Shown here one piece after another: positions 1 through 15,732 of a DNA stretch of 64,000 nt (position 1 is its first letter; each line of letters opens with the position of its first letter). Source of the DNA: the human T2T-CHM13v2.0 reference genome, Homo sapiens. Below the pieces are notes generated by a model, which was given only the letters and a program-made list of their open reading frames with translations, had not been told where the DNA came from and did not search any database. The stretch lies in the NCBI RefSeq assembly GCF_009914755.1, contig NC_060931.1; one strand, 5' to 3'. The position numbers and the translations under genes were made by a program.

Positions 1-149
1 AGGAACTAGCTGTTGGTGAGCTCTGCATCAATCTGGCTTTCCCCCTTATGGTACGCCCCAGACTGTGGGGGCAGGCAGAGCTCAGACAGAAAGTGGAGGT
101 CTCTGGTGTGATAGCATGAGTGTTCTCTCCTTTTTTTTTTTTTTTTTTT

Positions 150-1422
150 TTTTTTTGATCAGTCTAGGTAAAGGTTTCTCAGTTTTTGCTAAACTTCTCA
201 AAGAACATTTGGTTCCATTGGTTTTTCTGGGTTTTTATTTTCCTATCCTCTATTTCATTAATTTCTGCTCTCATCTTTATGTTTCTCTCCTTCTCCTTCC
301 TTTAGGTTTAGTTTGATCTTCTTTGCCCAGTGTCTTAAGGTGGAAGCTTAGGTTATTGATTTGACATCTTCTTTACATCAGTAAAGAAGATCTACCCCCA
401 TACATTTCACTCTAAACACTGCTTTAGCTAGTATGTTGTATCTTAATTTTAATTCATCTCAGAGCATTTTTAGTTTTCCCTTGTGATTTCTCCCTTGACC
501 CGTTGGTTATTTACAAGTGTATTATTTAATTTCCACAAATTTGTGAATTTCTCATGTTATTGATTTCTAATTTCATTCCATATCACTGTGGTCAGAAAAC
601 ATATTTTGTTTGGTTTCAATCCTTGTAAATGAATTGAGGCATGTTAGGGACAGCCTAACATAAGGTCTGTCCCAAAGAATGTTCCATGTGCACTTCAGAA
701 AAATGTGTATTCTGCTTTTGTTGGGTAGAGTCTTCTGTGACTATCTGGAGGTCTAGTTGGTTTATGGTTTATGTTGTAGTTCAAGTCTTTTATTTCCTTG
801 TTGATCTTCTATCTGGTTGTTCTGTTATTGAAAGTGGGTATTGAACTCTCCAATTATTATTGAATTGTTTTTTACTTGAATTCTCTCAGTTTTTGCTTTA
901 TGTATCTTGGGGTCCTGTTATTAGCTACACATATATTTATAATGGCTTGGTTTTTTAATTGATTGACTCTTTTATTATGATAGGATGTTCCTCTTCACCT
1001 CTAGTAACAGATTTTTTTAAAGTCTATTTTTCTTATGTTGTCAATTCAGCTTTCTTACAGTTGCTATTTGCATGATATATCTTTTTCCATCCTATTACAT
1101 TCAGTTACGTATATCTTTGCATCTTAAATGTGTCTCCTGTATACAGCATATAGTTGGACCTTGTTTTTAATCCACTTTTAGTCTCTACCTTTTTATTGGA
1201 TTGTTTAGTCCATTCACATTTAATGCTATTATTGCTGTAGTTGAATTTATGTCTGCCATTTTATCTCTTGTTTTCTGTGTCTTATGTCTTTTTTTGTTCC
1301 TCTGTTCCTCATTACTTTCTTTTGCATTAAGTGAATATTTTCTAATATGGCATTTAAATTATTTTAATAATTTTTAACTATACTTTCTTGAGTTATTTTC
1401 TTAGTGATTGAGCTAGGATTTA
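150..1422 (-). mobile_element. Old L1M-type LINE-1 fragment (ORF2 5' region), host of the younger L1
   Basis: T-rich, degenerate similarity to antisense L1 ORF2 (e.g. ctctaaacactgctttagct, also at ~3254); resumes after 6597. Confidence 0.75.
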
Positions 1423-1435
1423 CCATATGTATCTT

Positions 1436-4400
1436 TTTTATTATACTTTAAGTTCTGAGGTACGTGTGCAGAACAAGCAGGTTTGTTACATAGGTATACA
1501 TGTGCCATGGTGGTTTGTGTACCCATCAACCCATCATCTACATTAGGTATTTCTCTTAATGCTATCCTTCCCCTAGCCCCCGACTCCCTGACAGGCCCCA
1601 GTATGTGATGTTCCCCTCCCTGCGTCCATGTGTTCTCATTCTTCAACTCCCACTTACGAGTGAAAACATGCAGTGTTTTGTTTTCTGTTCCTGTGTTAGT
1701 TTTCTGAGAATGATGGTTTCCAGCTTCATCCATGTCCCTGCAAAGGACATGAACTCATCCTTTTTATGGCTGCATAGTATTCCATGGTATATATGTGCCG
1801 CGTTTTCTTTGTCCAGTCTATCATTGATGGGCATTTGGGTTGGTTCCAAGTCTTTGTTATTGTGAATAGTGCTGCAATAAATATACGTGTGCATGTGTCT
1901 TTATAGTAGAATGGTTTATAATCCTTTGGGTATATACCCAGTAATGGAATTACTGGGTCAAATGGTATTTCTGGTTCTAGATCCTTGAGGAATCACCACA
2001 TAATGTCTTCTGTCTTCCACAATGGTTTAACTAGTTTACGCTCCCATCAACAGTGTAAAAGCATTGCTATTTCTCCACATCCTCTCCAGCATCTGTTGTT
2101 TCCTGACTTTTTAATGATCGCCATTCTAACTGGCGTGAGATGGTATCTCATTGTGGTTTTGATTTGCATTTCTCTAATGACCAGTGATGATGAGCTTTTT
2201 TTCATATGTTTTTTGGCCGCATAAATGTCTTCTTTTGAGAAGTGTCTTTTCATATCCTGTGCCCACTTTTTGATGGGGTTGTTTGTTTATTTCTTTTAAA
2301 TTTGCTTAAGTTTCTTGTAGATTCTGGATATTAGCCCTTTGTCAGACGGATAGATTGCAAAAATGTTCTCCCATTCTGTAGGTTGCCTGTTCACTCTGAT
2401 GATAGTTTCTTTTGCTGTGCAGAAGCTCTTTAGTTTAATTAGATCCCGTTTGTCAATTTTGGCTTTTGTTATCATTGCTTTTGGTGTTTTAGACATAAAG
2501 TCTTTGCCCATGCCTATGTCCTGAATGGTATTGCCTAGGTTTTCTTCTAGGATTTTTATGGTTTTAGGTCTTACACTTAAGTCTTTAATCCATCTTGAGT
2601 TAATTTTTGTATAAAGTGCAAGGAAGGGATCCAGTTTCAGTTTTCTGCATATGGCTAGCCAGTTTTTCCAACACCATTTATTAAATAGGGAACCCTTTCT
2701 CCATTGGTTGTTTTTGTCAGGTTTGTCAAAGATCAAGTGGTTGTAGATGTGTGGCTCTTTATTACTGCCTCAATTTCAGAACTTGTTATTGGGCTATTCA
2801 GGGATTCAACTTCTTCCTGGTTTAGTCTTGGGAGAGTGTATGTGTCCAGGAATTTATCCATTTCTTCTACATTTTCTGGTTTATTTGCGTACAAGTGTTT
2901 ATAGTATTCTCTGATGGTAGTTTGTATTTCTGTGGGATCAGTGGTGATATCCCCTTTATCATTTTCTATTGTTTCTATTTGATTCTTCTCTCTTTTCTTC
3001 ATTAGTCTGGCTAGTGGTCTATCTATTTTGTTAATCTTTTCAAAAAACCAGCTCCTGGATTCATTGATTCTTTGAAGGGTTTTTTGTGTCTCTATCTCCT
3101 TCAATTCTTCTCTTATCTTAATTATTTCTTGTCTTCTGCTAGCTTTTGAATTTGTTTGCTCATGCTTCTCTAGTTCTTTTAAATGTGATGTGAGGGTGTC
3201 AATTTTAGATCTTTCCCGCTTTCTCCTTGGGCATTTAGTGCTATAAATTTCCCTCTAAACACTGCTTTAGCTGTGTCCCAGAGATTCTGGTATGTTTTGT
3301 CTGTGTTCTCATTGGCTTCAAAGAACTTATTTATTTCTGCCTTAATTTCATTATTTACCCACTAGTTATTCAGGAGCAGGTTGTTCAGTTCCCATGTAGC
3401 TGTGTGGTTTTGTGTGAGTTTCTTAATCCTGAGTTCTAATTTGATTGCACTGTGTGCTGAGAGACTGTTATGATTTCCATTGTTTTGCATTTGCTGAGGA
3501 GTGTTTTACTTCCAATTATGTGGTCAATTTTAGAATAAGTGCAATGTGGTGCTAAGAAGAATGTATATTCTATTGATTTGGGGTGGAGAGTTTTGTAGAT
3601 GTCCATTAGGTCCACTTGGTCCAGAGCTGAGTTCAAGTCCTGAATATCCTTGTTAATTTTCTGTCTTGTTGATCTGTCTAATATTGACAGTGGGATGTTA
3701 AAGTCTCCCAGTATTATTGTGTGGGATTCTAAGTCTCTTTATAGGTCTCTAAGAACTTGCTTTGTAAATCTGGGTGCTCCCGTATTGGGTGCATATATAT
3801 TTAGGATAGTTAGCTCTTCTTGTCGCATTGATCCCTTTACCATTATGTAATGCCCTTCTTTGTCTTTTTTGATCTTTGTTGGTTTAAAGTCTGTTTTATC
3901 AGAGACTAGGATTTCAACCTCTGCTTTTTTTTTGCTTTCCATTTGCTTGGTAAATATTCCTCCATCCCTTTATTTTGAGCCTATGTGTGTCCTTGCACAT
4001 GAGATGGGTCTCCTGAATACAGCACATTGATGGGTCTTGGCTTTTTATCCAATTTGCCAGTCTGTGTCTTTTAATTGGGACATTTAGCCCATTTACATTT
4101 AAGGTTAATATTGTTATGTGTGAATTTAATCCTGTGATTATGATGCTAGCTGGTTATTTTGCCTGTTAGTTGATGCAGTTTCTTCATGTCGATGGTCTTT
4201 ACAATTTGGTATATTTTTGCAGTGGCTGGTAATGGTTTTTCCTTTCCATATTTAGTGCTTTTTTCATGTGCTCTTGTAAGGCAGGCCTGGTGGTGATAAA
4301 ATCTCTCAGCATTTGCTTGTCTGTAAAGGATTTTATTTCTCCTTCGCTTATGAAGCTCAATTTTGGCTAGATATGAAATTCTGAGTTGAAAATTCTTTTC

Positions 4401-6583
4401 TTTAAGAATGTTGAATATTGGCCCCCACTTTCTTATGGCTTGTAGGGTTTCTGCAGAGGGATCAGCTGTTAGTCTGATGGGCCTCCCTTTGTGGGTAACC
4501 TGATCTTTCCTTCTGGCTGCCCTTAACATTTTTTCCTTCATTTCAGCATTAGTGAATCTGATGATTATGTGTCTCGGGGTCGCTCTTCTCAAGGAGTATC
4601 TTTGTGGTATTCTCTGTATTTCCTGAATTTGAATGTTGGCCTGTCTTTCTAGGTTGGGGAAGTTCTCCTGGATAATATCCTGAAGAGTGTTTTCCAAGTT
4701 GGTTTCCATTCTCCCCGTTACTTTCAGGTACACCAATCAAATGTAGGTTTGGTCTTTTCACATAGTCCCATATTTCTTGGAGGCTTTGTTCGTTCCTTTT
4801 CATTCTTTTTTCTCTAATCTTGTCTTCACGCTTTATTTCATTAAGTTGGTCTTTGATCTCTGATATCCTTTATTCCACTTGATCGATTTGGCTATTGATA
4901 CTTGTATATGCTTCACGAAGTTCTCATGCTGTGGTTTTCAGCTCCATCAGGTCATTTATGTTCTTCTTTAAACTGGTTATTCTACTTAGCAATTCCTCTA
5001 ACCTTTTTTCAAGGTTCTTAGCTTCTTTGCATTGGGTTAGAACATGCTCCTTTAGCTCGGAGGAGTTTGTTATTACCCACCTTCTGAAGCCTACTTCTGT
5101 CAGTTCGTCAAACTCAATTTCTGTCCAGTTTTGTTCCCTTCCTGGTGAAGAGTTGTGATCCTTTGGAAGAGAAGAGGCATTATGGTTTTTTGAATTTTCA
5201 GCCTTTTTGCACTGGTTTTTCCTCATCTTTGTGGATTTATCTACCTTTGGTCTTTGATGGTGGTGACCTTCAGATGGGGTTTTCGTGTGGACATCTTTTT
5301 TGTTGATGTTGATGCTATTCCTTTCTGTTTGTTCGTTTTGCTTGTAATGTCAGGCCCCTCTGCTACAGGTCTGCTGGAGTTTGCGGGAGGTCCACTCCGG
5401 ACCCCGTTTGCCTAGGTATCACGAGTGGAGGCTGCAGAACAGCAAAGATTGCTGCCTGTTCCTTCCTCTGGAAGCTTCTTCCCAGAGGGGCACCCACCAG
5501 ATGTCAGCCAGAGCTCTCCTGTATGAGGTGTCTGTCAACCCCTGCTGGGAGGTGTCTCCCAGTCAGGAGGCACAGGGTCAGGGACCCACTTGAGGAGGCA
5601 GTCTGTCCCTTAGCAGAGCTTGAGCGCTGTGCTGGGAGATCCACTGCTCTCTTAAGAGCTGGCAGGCAGGAACACTTAAGTCTGCTGAAGCTGCACCCAC
5701 AGCCACCCCTTCCCCCAGGTGCTCTGTCCCAGGGAGACGGGAGTTTTATCTATAAGCCACTGACTGGGGCTGCTGCCTTTCTTCCAGAGATGCCCTGCCC
5801 TGAGAGGAGGAATCTAGAGAGGCAGTCTGGCTACAGTGGCTTTGCAGAGCTGCAGTGAGCTCCGCCCAGTTGGAACTTCCAGGCGGCTTTGTTTACATTG
5901 TGAGGGGAAAGCCTACTCAAGCCTCAGTAATGACGGACGCCCCTCCCCCCACCAGCTCCAGCATCCCAGGTCGACTTCAGACTGCTGTGCTGGCAGCGAG
6001 AATTTCAAGCCAGTGGATCTTAGCCTGCTGGGTTCCGTGGGGTTGGGATCCACTGAGCTAGACCCCTTGGCTGCCTGGCTTCAGCCTTATTTCCAGGGGA
6101 GTGAACGGTGAACGGTGAACAGTTCGGTTTTGCTGGCATTCCAGGTGCCACTGGGGTATGAAAAAAAAAAAAAAAAAAAACTGCAGCTAGCTCAGTGTCT
6201 GCCCAAACGGCCACCCAGTTTTGTGCTTGAAACCCAGGGCCCGGTGATGTAGGCACCTAAGGGAATCTCCTGGTCTGTGGGTTGTGAAGACTGTGGGAAA
6301 AGCATAGTATCTGGGCTGAAGTGCAGCGTTCCTTACATCACAGTCCCTCATGGCTTCCCTTGGCTACGGGAGGGAGTTCCCGGACCCCTTGTGCTTCCCA
6401 GGTGAGGTGATACCCCATCCTGGTTCAGCTCGCCCTCCGTGGGCTGCACCCACTGTCTAACCAGTCCCAATGAGATGAGCCAGGTACCTCAGTTGGAAAT
6501 GCAGAAATCACTCACTTTCTCCATTGATCTTGCTGGGAGCTGCAGACTGGAGCTGTTCCTATATGGCCATCTTGCCAGCCTCC
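1436..6583 (-). mobile_element. LINE-1 (L1PA7/L1PA8-like) with intact 5' and 3' ends and an internal ORF2 deletion; non-coding
   Basis: ORF1 fragments (4146-5226), EN-domain and C-terminal ORF2 fragments in the ORF track; 5' UTR start ggctggcaagatggcc with YY1 motif; 13-bp TSD ccatat(g/a)tatctt at 1423-1435 and 6584-6596. Confidence 0.95.
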
Positions 6584-6596
6584 CCATATATATCTT

Positions 6597-7700
<1,104 letters not shown>

Positions 7701-8057
7701 CAATGAGTGATTTTTGAAAGCTGGGTATATTGCTGGGGGCTGAAGGCCACCATATTTACTGAGTGTGGTATTTCACTTATGGGCTTCTGAAGAGCAACTC
7801 ATACTTCTTTAGTGTCCCAGAGCTGCACTGGCTTTGGTGACAGTTTCCTTTGTTTGAGGGGATTTCTAAGGCATTATTTGCATAAAGTCCAACAAAAACA
7901 TTTCAGATGCTTTTGGCAAAGATAAAATGCAAAAAAGAAAGCCTCGTGATAGTCTAGAAAGATCAAGGACCTTGTAGTGAGAAAGACCTGAGTTTGACTC
8001 TCAAATAATAGATCATGAAATCATTTTAGTAAATTTCCCCCAGTCTTTGTTTCAGTG

Positions 8058-8367
8058 TAGTCAGCCCTCCACATCTGTAGATTCAACCAACCATGGATTG
8101 AAAATATTCAAAAACGAAAATGTTGCATCTCTACTGAACTTGTACAGACTTTTTTCTTGTCATTATTGCCCAAGCAATACAGTATAACATCTGTTTACAT
8201 AGCATTGACATTGTATTAGGTATTATAAGTAATCATATATAGGAAGATGTGCATAGATTATAAACAAATACTGTACCATTTTATATCAGGGACTTGAGCA
8301 TCTGTGGATTTTGGTATTTGAGGGAGGTCCTGGAACCAGTCCTCCATGAATACCAAGGAATGACTGT
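8058..8367. mobile_element. MER2-like (Tigger) non-autonomous DNA transposon
   Basis: Ends tagtcagccctcc... and ...ataccaaggaatgactg resemble MER2 terminal inverted repeats; internal ggacttgagcatctgtggattttggtat. Confidence 0.75.
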
Positions 8368-9469
8368 GTATGTATAGATGTATGTGTGGATGTGTGCATG
8401 GACGAATGGGTGGGTGGATGGACAAATGGGTGGGTGGATGGATGACTGTTGGCAGGCAGAAAAATAGAATATACCAGGTTCCCATATAAAGATTTATTTG
8501 TTGCTATGAGTCATGGTCCAGAATGTTTGAAAGTTGCTGTTCCAGTCCATTTATTGGGTTGGAAGAGGGCCTGCTCTGGGATTTTTCCAGTACTGGAAGG
8601 GCCTCTGCTTGCCCTTGGGTATATCCTAAGCACTTTTCCCTCCTGCCTTGTTAGTCTCTTAACTCTGTTTTACTTTTTAGCAGAAAGAAAATGTGCCCAA
8701 CTCACTGCTGTTCCTTCAAAATTGTTGCACCTAGCCACCACCTCATACAAACTCTCACAACAGCCATGACGACAGGAGTTACATGCAATTTCCTGTCTTT
8801 TTCAGTCCACCCTCAAATACCACTTATCAGAAAATGCTAACAATGACTTGGTGCTGAGAGAACTTTCAATTCACTTTTTTAGAGGATTCTGAGACTTTTC
8901 ATTAATGATTCATTCATTCATTTCTGGAGAACATGACTTTGTATTCAGCAAAGTTTGGGCTAGTCAGTAATTTTAAGTGCAATAGAAGGGCAGGCAGGTG
9001 AAACTGTTTTTGCTACATTGCTAAACACATTTATGCTCGATATTCTCAGCAGATAAAATTATCCTGATTGAACAGGCCATTAAAGCTTGCTTTGCCAGAA
9101 AATAATTCAGTGGAGAGTTCTGTCACATTGCTAACAATGCATTTGGAATGAGTAATTCCTACAGCTGATAAAATATTTTTTATTAACCTTCAGGAGGCAT
9201 TGAAATGATGAGTTTAGGCCTGAACAAGATTTCAAATTTTTGGAAATGCATCCAACCTTGTTTCAGAAATTTTGCTCCATCTTTGTAGAAATTCAAAAGC
9301 GTTCACTGACATTCCTTAGAAGCATTATCCAAAACTCCCTTCTAGATCCTGGACTTGGTTTCCCCCCACCCACAAACTCTGCTGCTGCTCTATTCTTTCC
9401 CGTGCCCTAAGGCCTGCCCTACCTAACCCTTGTCCATGAAATGCAGACTCATTTTTACATGCAGAATTA

Positions 9470-10762
<1,293 letters not shown>

Positions 10763-12474
10763 CTAAGAGGCTACATGGAAGCACTGTGGAGTCACAGAGC
10801 AGAGCATCTTCCCAATGTGTATAGCTCTGGGGATCTTCAGGGGTCAGAAGTGTCCAGGATTAAAACAAGATCCCTAGCATGTACAATTCGAAGGGGTAAA
10901 CCTGGAAGAGAAGATGTCACGTTCTGGGTTTTGCCCAAATCCCAACATTTGCATCAGCTCCTGGGAGAGCATCAGGGCCTTTCTCCCATGATTACAATTC
11001 ATGAGACCACAGTTTTGTATTATAGCTCACCTCTAGCAGGTAAGTTCTGTCTTCCTTCCCTCCATCCACCTGCCTAAATCTCTTAGTGGGAGAATAAATT
11101 GCTATGTATCGATTGTTTTGTTTCTCTTGACCCACACATTCTTGTCCGGCACTTGCTTTGCAAGGATACATTTGCGAGTAAGAGGGGAGGAAGTAACAAG
11201 TATTTTTATGCTTCATTTCAGGATGTGGCAGGGACATTTTTGATGGTTTCATTGCTTAATTTATTTGGAAACAGCATTAAACCAGCTTTTATTTATGAAA
11301 AAATTATATATGTTTGTGGGGGAGAGACTTTTACATGGATAAAGCTCACACCAGTTAATTAGTATTCATACTATGACTAGAAAAGTGAAATTTCTAGAAA
11401 ATTTTAAAGCAAGAAGAAAAACTAAGGCATACAGAATTGCAGTTTGGTCTCTCTAGTTTCATTTTGTTTCAGTTCCTCATTTATATTGTTACCAGAGTAA
11501 TCCTTCAGAAACACAAGCTTGATCCTATTACTCCTTCCTTAGAGTTGCTTCAGGGGGAAGCCCGCAGTGGGGTCAGGACGATAGACATGGATTTGGGTCC
11601 TCACCCAGCCACTTGCCCTGTGGATAATCTTGAGTCTGTTACTTAACTACTTCAGCCCTGCATTCGTCCTCTGTTGAGCAAGGATGATGACACCTCCCAC
11701 CCGCACAGAGCCATCACATGGACCACATCGTGGCGTGTGTGTAAAGGGCCTGCAGCATTGGCACAGGGTGAGCATTCTAGGAAATGTAAGCTGCTGTGGT
11801 TCCAAGTCATTAATATGAAGTGTCTCTTCCTGGCCTGCAGGACACTGTCATGGCATCCATTATATGGTCCTTGCCTGGTATTTAATTTGATTTTTGTAAA
11901 CTGTCTCTCCTTCTCTGTGTCCAGTTTGCTTTTGGCCCACAGTGCCCAGTATGTTGGAGGGAGCCAGAAAAGCCTGTGAAACTAGCACCAAACAGTTTGT
12001 CTTCTTTTAAGAGCTTGCGGCCAAAAATTTAACAGGAAGGGAGCTCAACTAAAAGATAGCTTGGGTATTTGGCTTTCCATTTCTCCCATTAGCACGAAAG
12101 AAAACAGAACCAGTGACTCTGAGGACATTCTCCAAAGTGAGAATGCTATTTCATGAGCTGCCACCTATAGTTCTTACTGCCCACACTGAAAAAAAAAAAC
12201 AAAAATCTGTGTGATTTGCCTTGAAATAAAATAGGAAACATGCAGCCTTTAAAGACTAGGATTTGACATAATACAGATCAAAATAAAATAAGTCATGAAT
12301 CAGTAGGACTTTCACCCAGGGCTTTGAAGCCTTTATTTTTATGATTATTGCCACCGCAGAGCAGAGCCGGCTGCATAAACACCATTTAGAATAGCTGAAG
12401 GCTGGCATCGCATAAGAAAAATGGCAACCAGAGCGATTTCCCTGAGGGTCCATGAGTCCTAATTCTGTTTAATG

Positions 12475-12706
12475 TGACAATTCCTGAACAACTCTGGCTT
12501 CTTCACAGAAATATGCCTGGGAAGTTCTGGGAGCCTGGCTGCCTAGAGCCCGCCTGAGAGTGAACTAGTCTTCAGTGTTTACAGACAGAGTGACAATTCC
12601 TGAACAACTCTGGCTTCTTCACAGAAATGTGCCTGGGAAGTTCTGGGAGCCTGGCTGCCTAGAGCCCGCCTGAGAGTGAACTAGTCTTCAGTGTTTACAG
12701 ACAGAG
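12475..12706. repeat. 116-bp tandem duplication (2 copies, 1 mismatch)
   Basis: 12475-12590 and 12591-12706 are identical except aaatAtgcc versus aaatGtgcc. Confidence 0.97.
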
Positions 12707-13827
12707 AAAATATATCCCTGGGGTTTAAAAAAATAAGTGGGTGTTCATGTAAGAGGGTAGGAATGGGGAGCTATTGTAAACTGCCAGCTTGGTCCTACTC
12801 ATAACTCATTTTCTTTGGATTTGAGTACCTAAATAATTATTAATCCTTTCCCCCTTTGTGTTGGCTTTCTCTCTCTTCCATCTTCCTTTTCCTCGTCCCT
12901 ACCCTTTCTGTTGCCATATCTGGCTTTTGATACCTCAGGGGTAAACATGCTCCTACTATTCAGTTTTCTTGTTGGGTGGTTTCTTGGGTTAGGAAACCAT
13001 CTCTCTCCTGTGTCTGTCTAACACATTCTTTCAGCCTGTAAACTTGAAAACATCAAAGAGGAAGAAAATTCTAGAAAGGGAGAGCAGTGGTTGGGTAAAT
13101 CAACATGGTTTGTTTGAGGAAACAAGTTATCATCAGCTTGCAAACCTGGGGCAGATCCCTTTTTTGCTTACAAGCTAATGTTGTAACAGGCATGGCTGGC
13201 ATTTCCTGCCAAAGTTGGGGTTCAGCATTTCAGTAGGAAGTGCCAAGTGCAACTCCGCCTTCTCAGCCTTCCTTACTGGCATGCATCTCAGGCGATGTAA
13301 ACCTTAGAATCTATGGAAGGGCATGTCTGGTGCAAATCATGGCGTGGCCATCCCTGTGTTTCCGCTCTCACTTGGGGTTTGCCACGCTCCCCTTTCCTAG
13401 ACTCTCACAAAATAGCCACAAAATCCTCCAGAAATCAGTGCTATTTTCAGAACTGCTTCTACTTAGAATAATTCATTTCAATAATTACTCACAAATTTAG
13501 TGCCTAATTTGGAAAGAAGTATTTATCTTATTTGCCCTAAAACTGTCTTTTTTTGCACTTCAAAGAGCCAGTATTCCAAGAATTACTGGGCTGTGCATTC
13601 CTCTCCTAGGTGCTCAGTAACCATATGTGAAGAGACGTTTGAATCCTCGCAGTCTAGAGGCAGCCTCCCCAGGGCAGGGCACTGACCTCCTGTTTCTCCC
13701 CTGACCGAGAGCTCCACGACAGCGGTAGCCTAGAGCAGCATCCTTTCCTGCAAAATCCTCAGTGTTTGTTGAACGAAGGTGTGGTTCCTCTGTGTTACCC
13801 TCAACATCTAGCCCATCACTCAAGTCA

Positions 13828-14350
13828 CTTTTAAAATTATTGATGTATAATTCACATAACATAAAATTAATGATCAACCATCTTAAAGTAAACAATTCAG
13901 CAGCATTTAGGAGAGTCATATCGTGTGCAACCATCACCTCTATCTAGTTCCAAGATATTTTTATCATCCAAAAAGGAAACCTCAAACCTACTAAACAGTC
14001 ACTCCCCCTTCCCCTCTTGCCCAGCCCCTGGCACCTACCAATCTGGATTCTGTCCAAAGTAATATTTACCTACTCTGGATGTCTTGTGCAAATGGAGTCA
14101 TACAATATGTAGCCTTTTGTGTCTGGCTTTTTTCGCTTAGTGTAATGTGTTCAAGGTTCATCCATGTATCAGTACTTCATTGCTTTTTCACGGCTGAGTA
14201 ATACTTTCTTGCATGAATATACCACATTGTGTTTCTCCATTCATCTGCTGGTGGACATTTGGGTCATTTCCATCTTCGAGCTACTGGGAGTAGTGCTCCT
14301 GTGAACATTCATGTACAAGTATTTGTCTGAATACCATTCTCACTTCTTTG
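13828..14350 (-). mobile_element. L1MB-type 3' end fragment
   Basis: Typical antisense L1M 3' UTR (tataattcacataacataaaatt...aaatggagtcatacaatatgtagccttttgtgtctggctt). Confidence 0.8.
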
Positions 14351-14399
14351 GTGCCAAGCACATTATCTCCTAATTATCTCTGGAGTCTGCCCACTGCCA

Positions 14400-15010
14400 T
14401 CCTCCCAGTCAAGCTACTCACCTCTGTTACTGCAGTACTCAGCTGGCATTTTTGTGGCCACCCTGGCCCTTCTGCAACTTGTACTCTATACCATAGCCCC
14501 ATGGACTTTTCAAAATTCAGATCCCCTCTTCACACCCTGCAGTGATCTTAGGATTGCTCAAGGGATAAGAAACACATTTCTTTCAGGGTATGGGGGCCCC
14601 TGCATGGCCAGGCCTCTGCAAGATCATCTCCCCACCCTGCCCCCTCCCTCCACATCTGTGCCACAGCCACACTGGCCTCTCTGTCCTGCAAACTCTCCAT
14701 GCTCTGTCCCACCACAGGCCCTTTGCACATGCTGTCTGTGCTGCCTAGCATGCTCTCCCCTCCTCTTGGCCTAATTAACTCCTCTTATCCTTGAGTTCTG
14801 AGCTCAAGCATCACCTCTTTGGAGAAGCTTTCCCCAACTAAGTGAACACCAACACCAAGACCATCCTGGATGCACACAAGCTCCTGGAACCACTCCTCTG
14901 CAGCCCAGGCCCCAGCTGCAGTTTTACATGCAGGTGATTACTTGTAAGACTGTAAGCTCAGGTTGGGCAAAGGACCATGTCTATTTTACTCCCCATTATA
15001 GCTCCAGAAT
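14400..15010 (+). mobile_element. L2 3' fragment
   Basis: ggccctttgcacatgctgt...agctcaagcatcacctc...agactgtaagctc...ggaccatgtct are hallmarks of the L2 3' region. Confidence 0.7.
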
Positions 15011-15381
15011 TGTCATGGACTAGCTGTTTGTATCCCCTGCCACCCACCAACTTGTTATGTTCAAGTCCTAATCCCCAGTATGATGGTGTTTGGAGGTAGA
15101 GTCCTTGGGAGGTAATTGGGTCATGAGGGGTACAGCCCTCATCAATGAGATTAGTACCCTTATGAGAAGAGACATGAGATAGATTATCTATTCTCTGCCA
15201 TGCGAGGACACAGGAAGAAGGTGACCATCTGCAGACTGGGAAGTGAGCCCCCACCAGGAATGGAATCGCTGGAACCTTGGTCTTGGACCTCCAGCTTCCA
15301 GAACTGTGAGAAGTAAATATTTGTTTTTTGAGCCACCCAGTCTGTGGTATTCCTTGAAGCAGCCCTGAACTGACTAAGATA
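15011..15381 (+). mobile_element. MaLR LTR (MLT1A-like)
   Basis: tg...ctaatccccagtatgatggtg...ccagcttccagaactgtgagaagtaaat...gactaagata; flanked by agaat/agaac. Confidence 0.8.
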
Positions 15382-15390
15382 AGAACCTAG

Positions 15391-15732
<342 letters not shown>

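Noticed and set aside
1413-5226. Many L1 ORF1/ORF2-like ORFs as functional genes
   Set aside because: Fragmented by stops and frameshifts, and the RT region is deleted.
6101-6180. (gtgaacg)x3 stutter and A20 run in the L1 5' UTR
   Set aside because: Ordinary slippage within a repeat; no functional inference is supported.
12475-12706. CRISPR-like or other spacer-containing array (also considered for 52505-52845)
   Set aside because: No unique spacers, no cas genes, and the DNA is eukaryotic.
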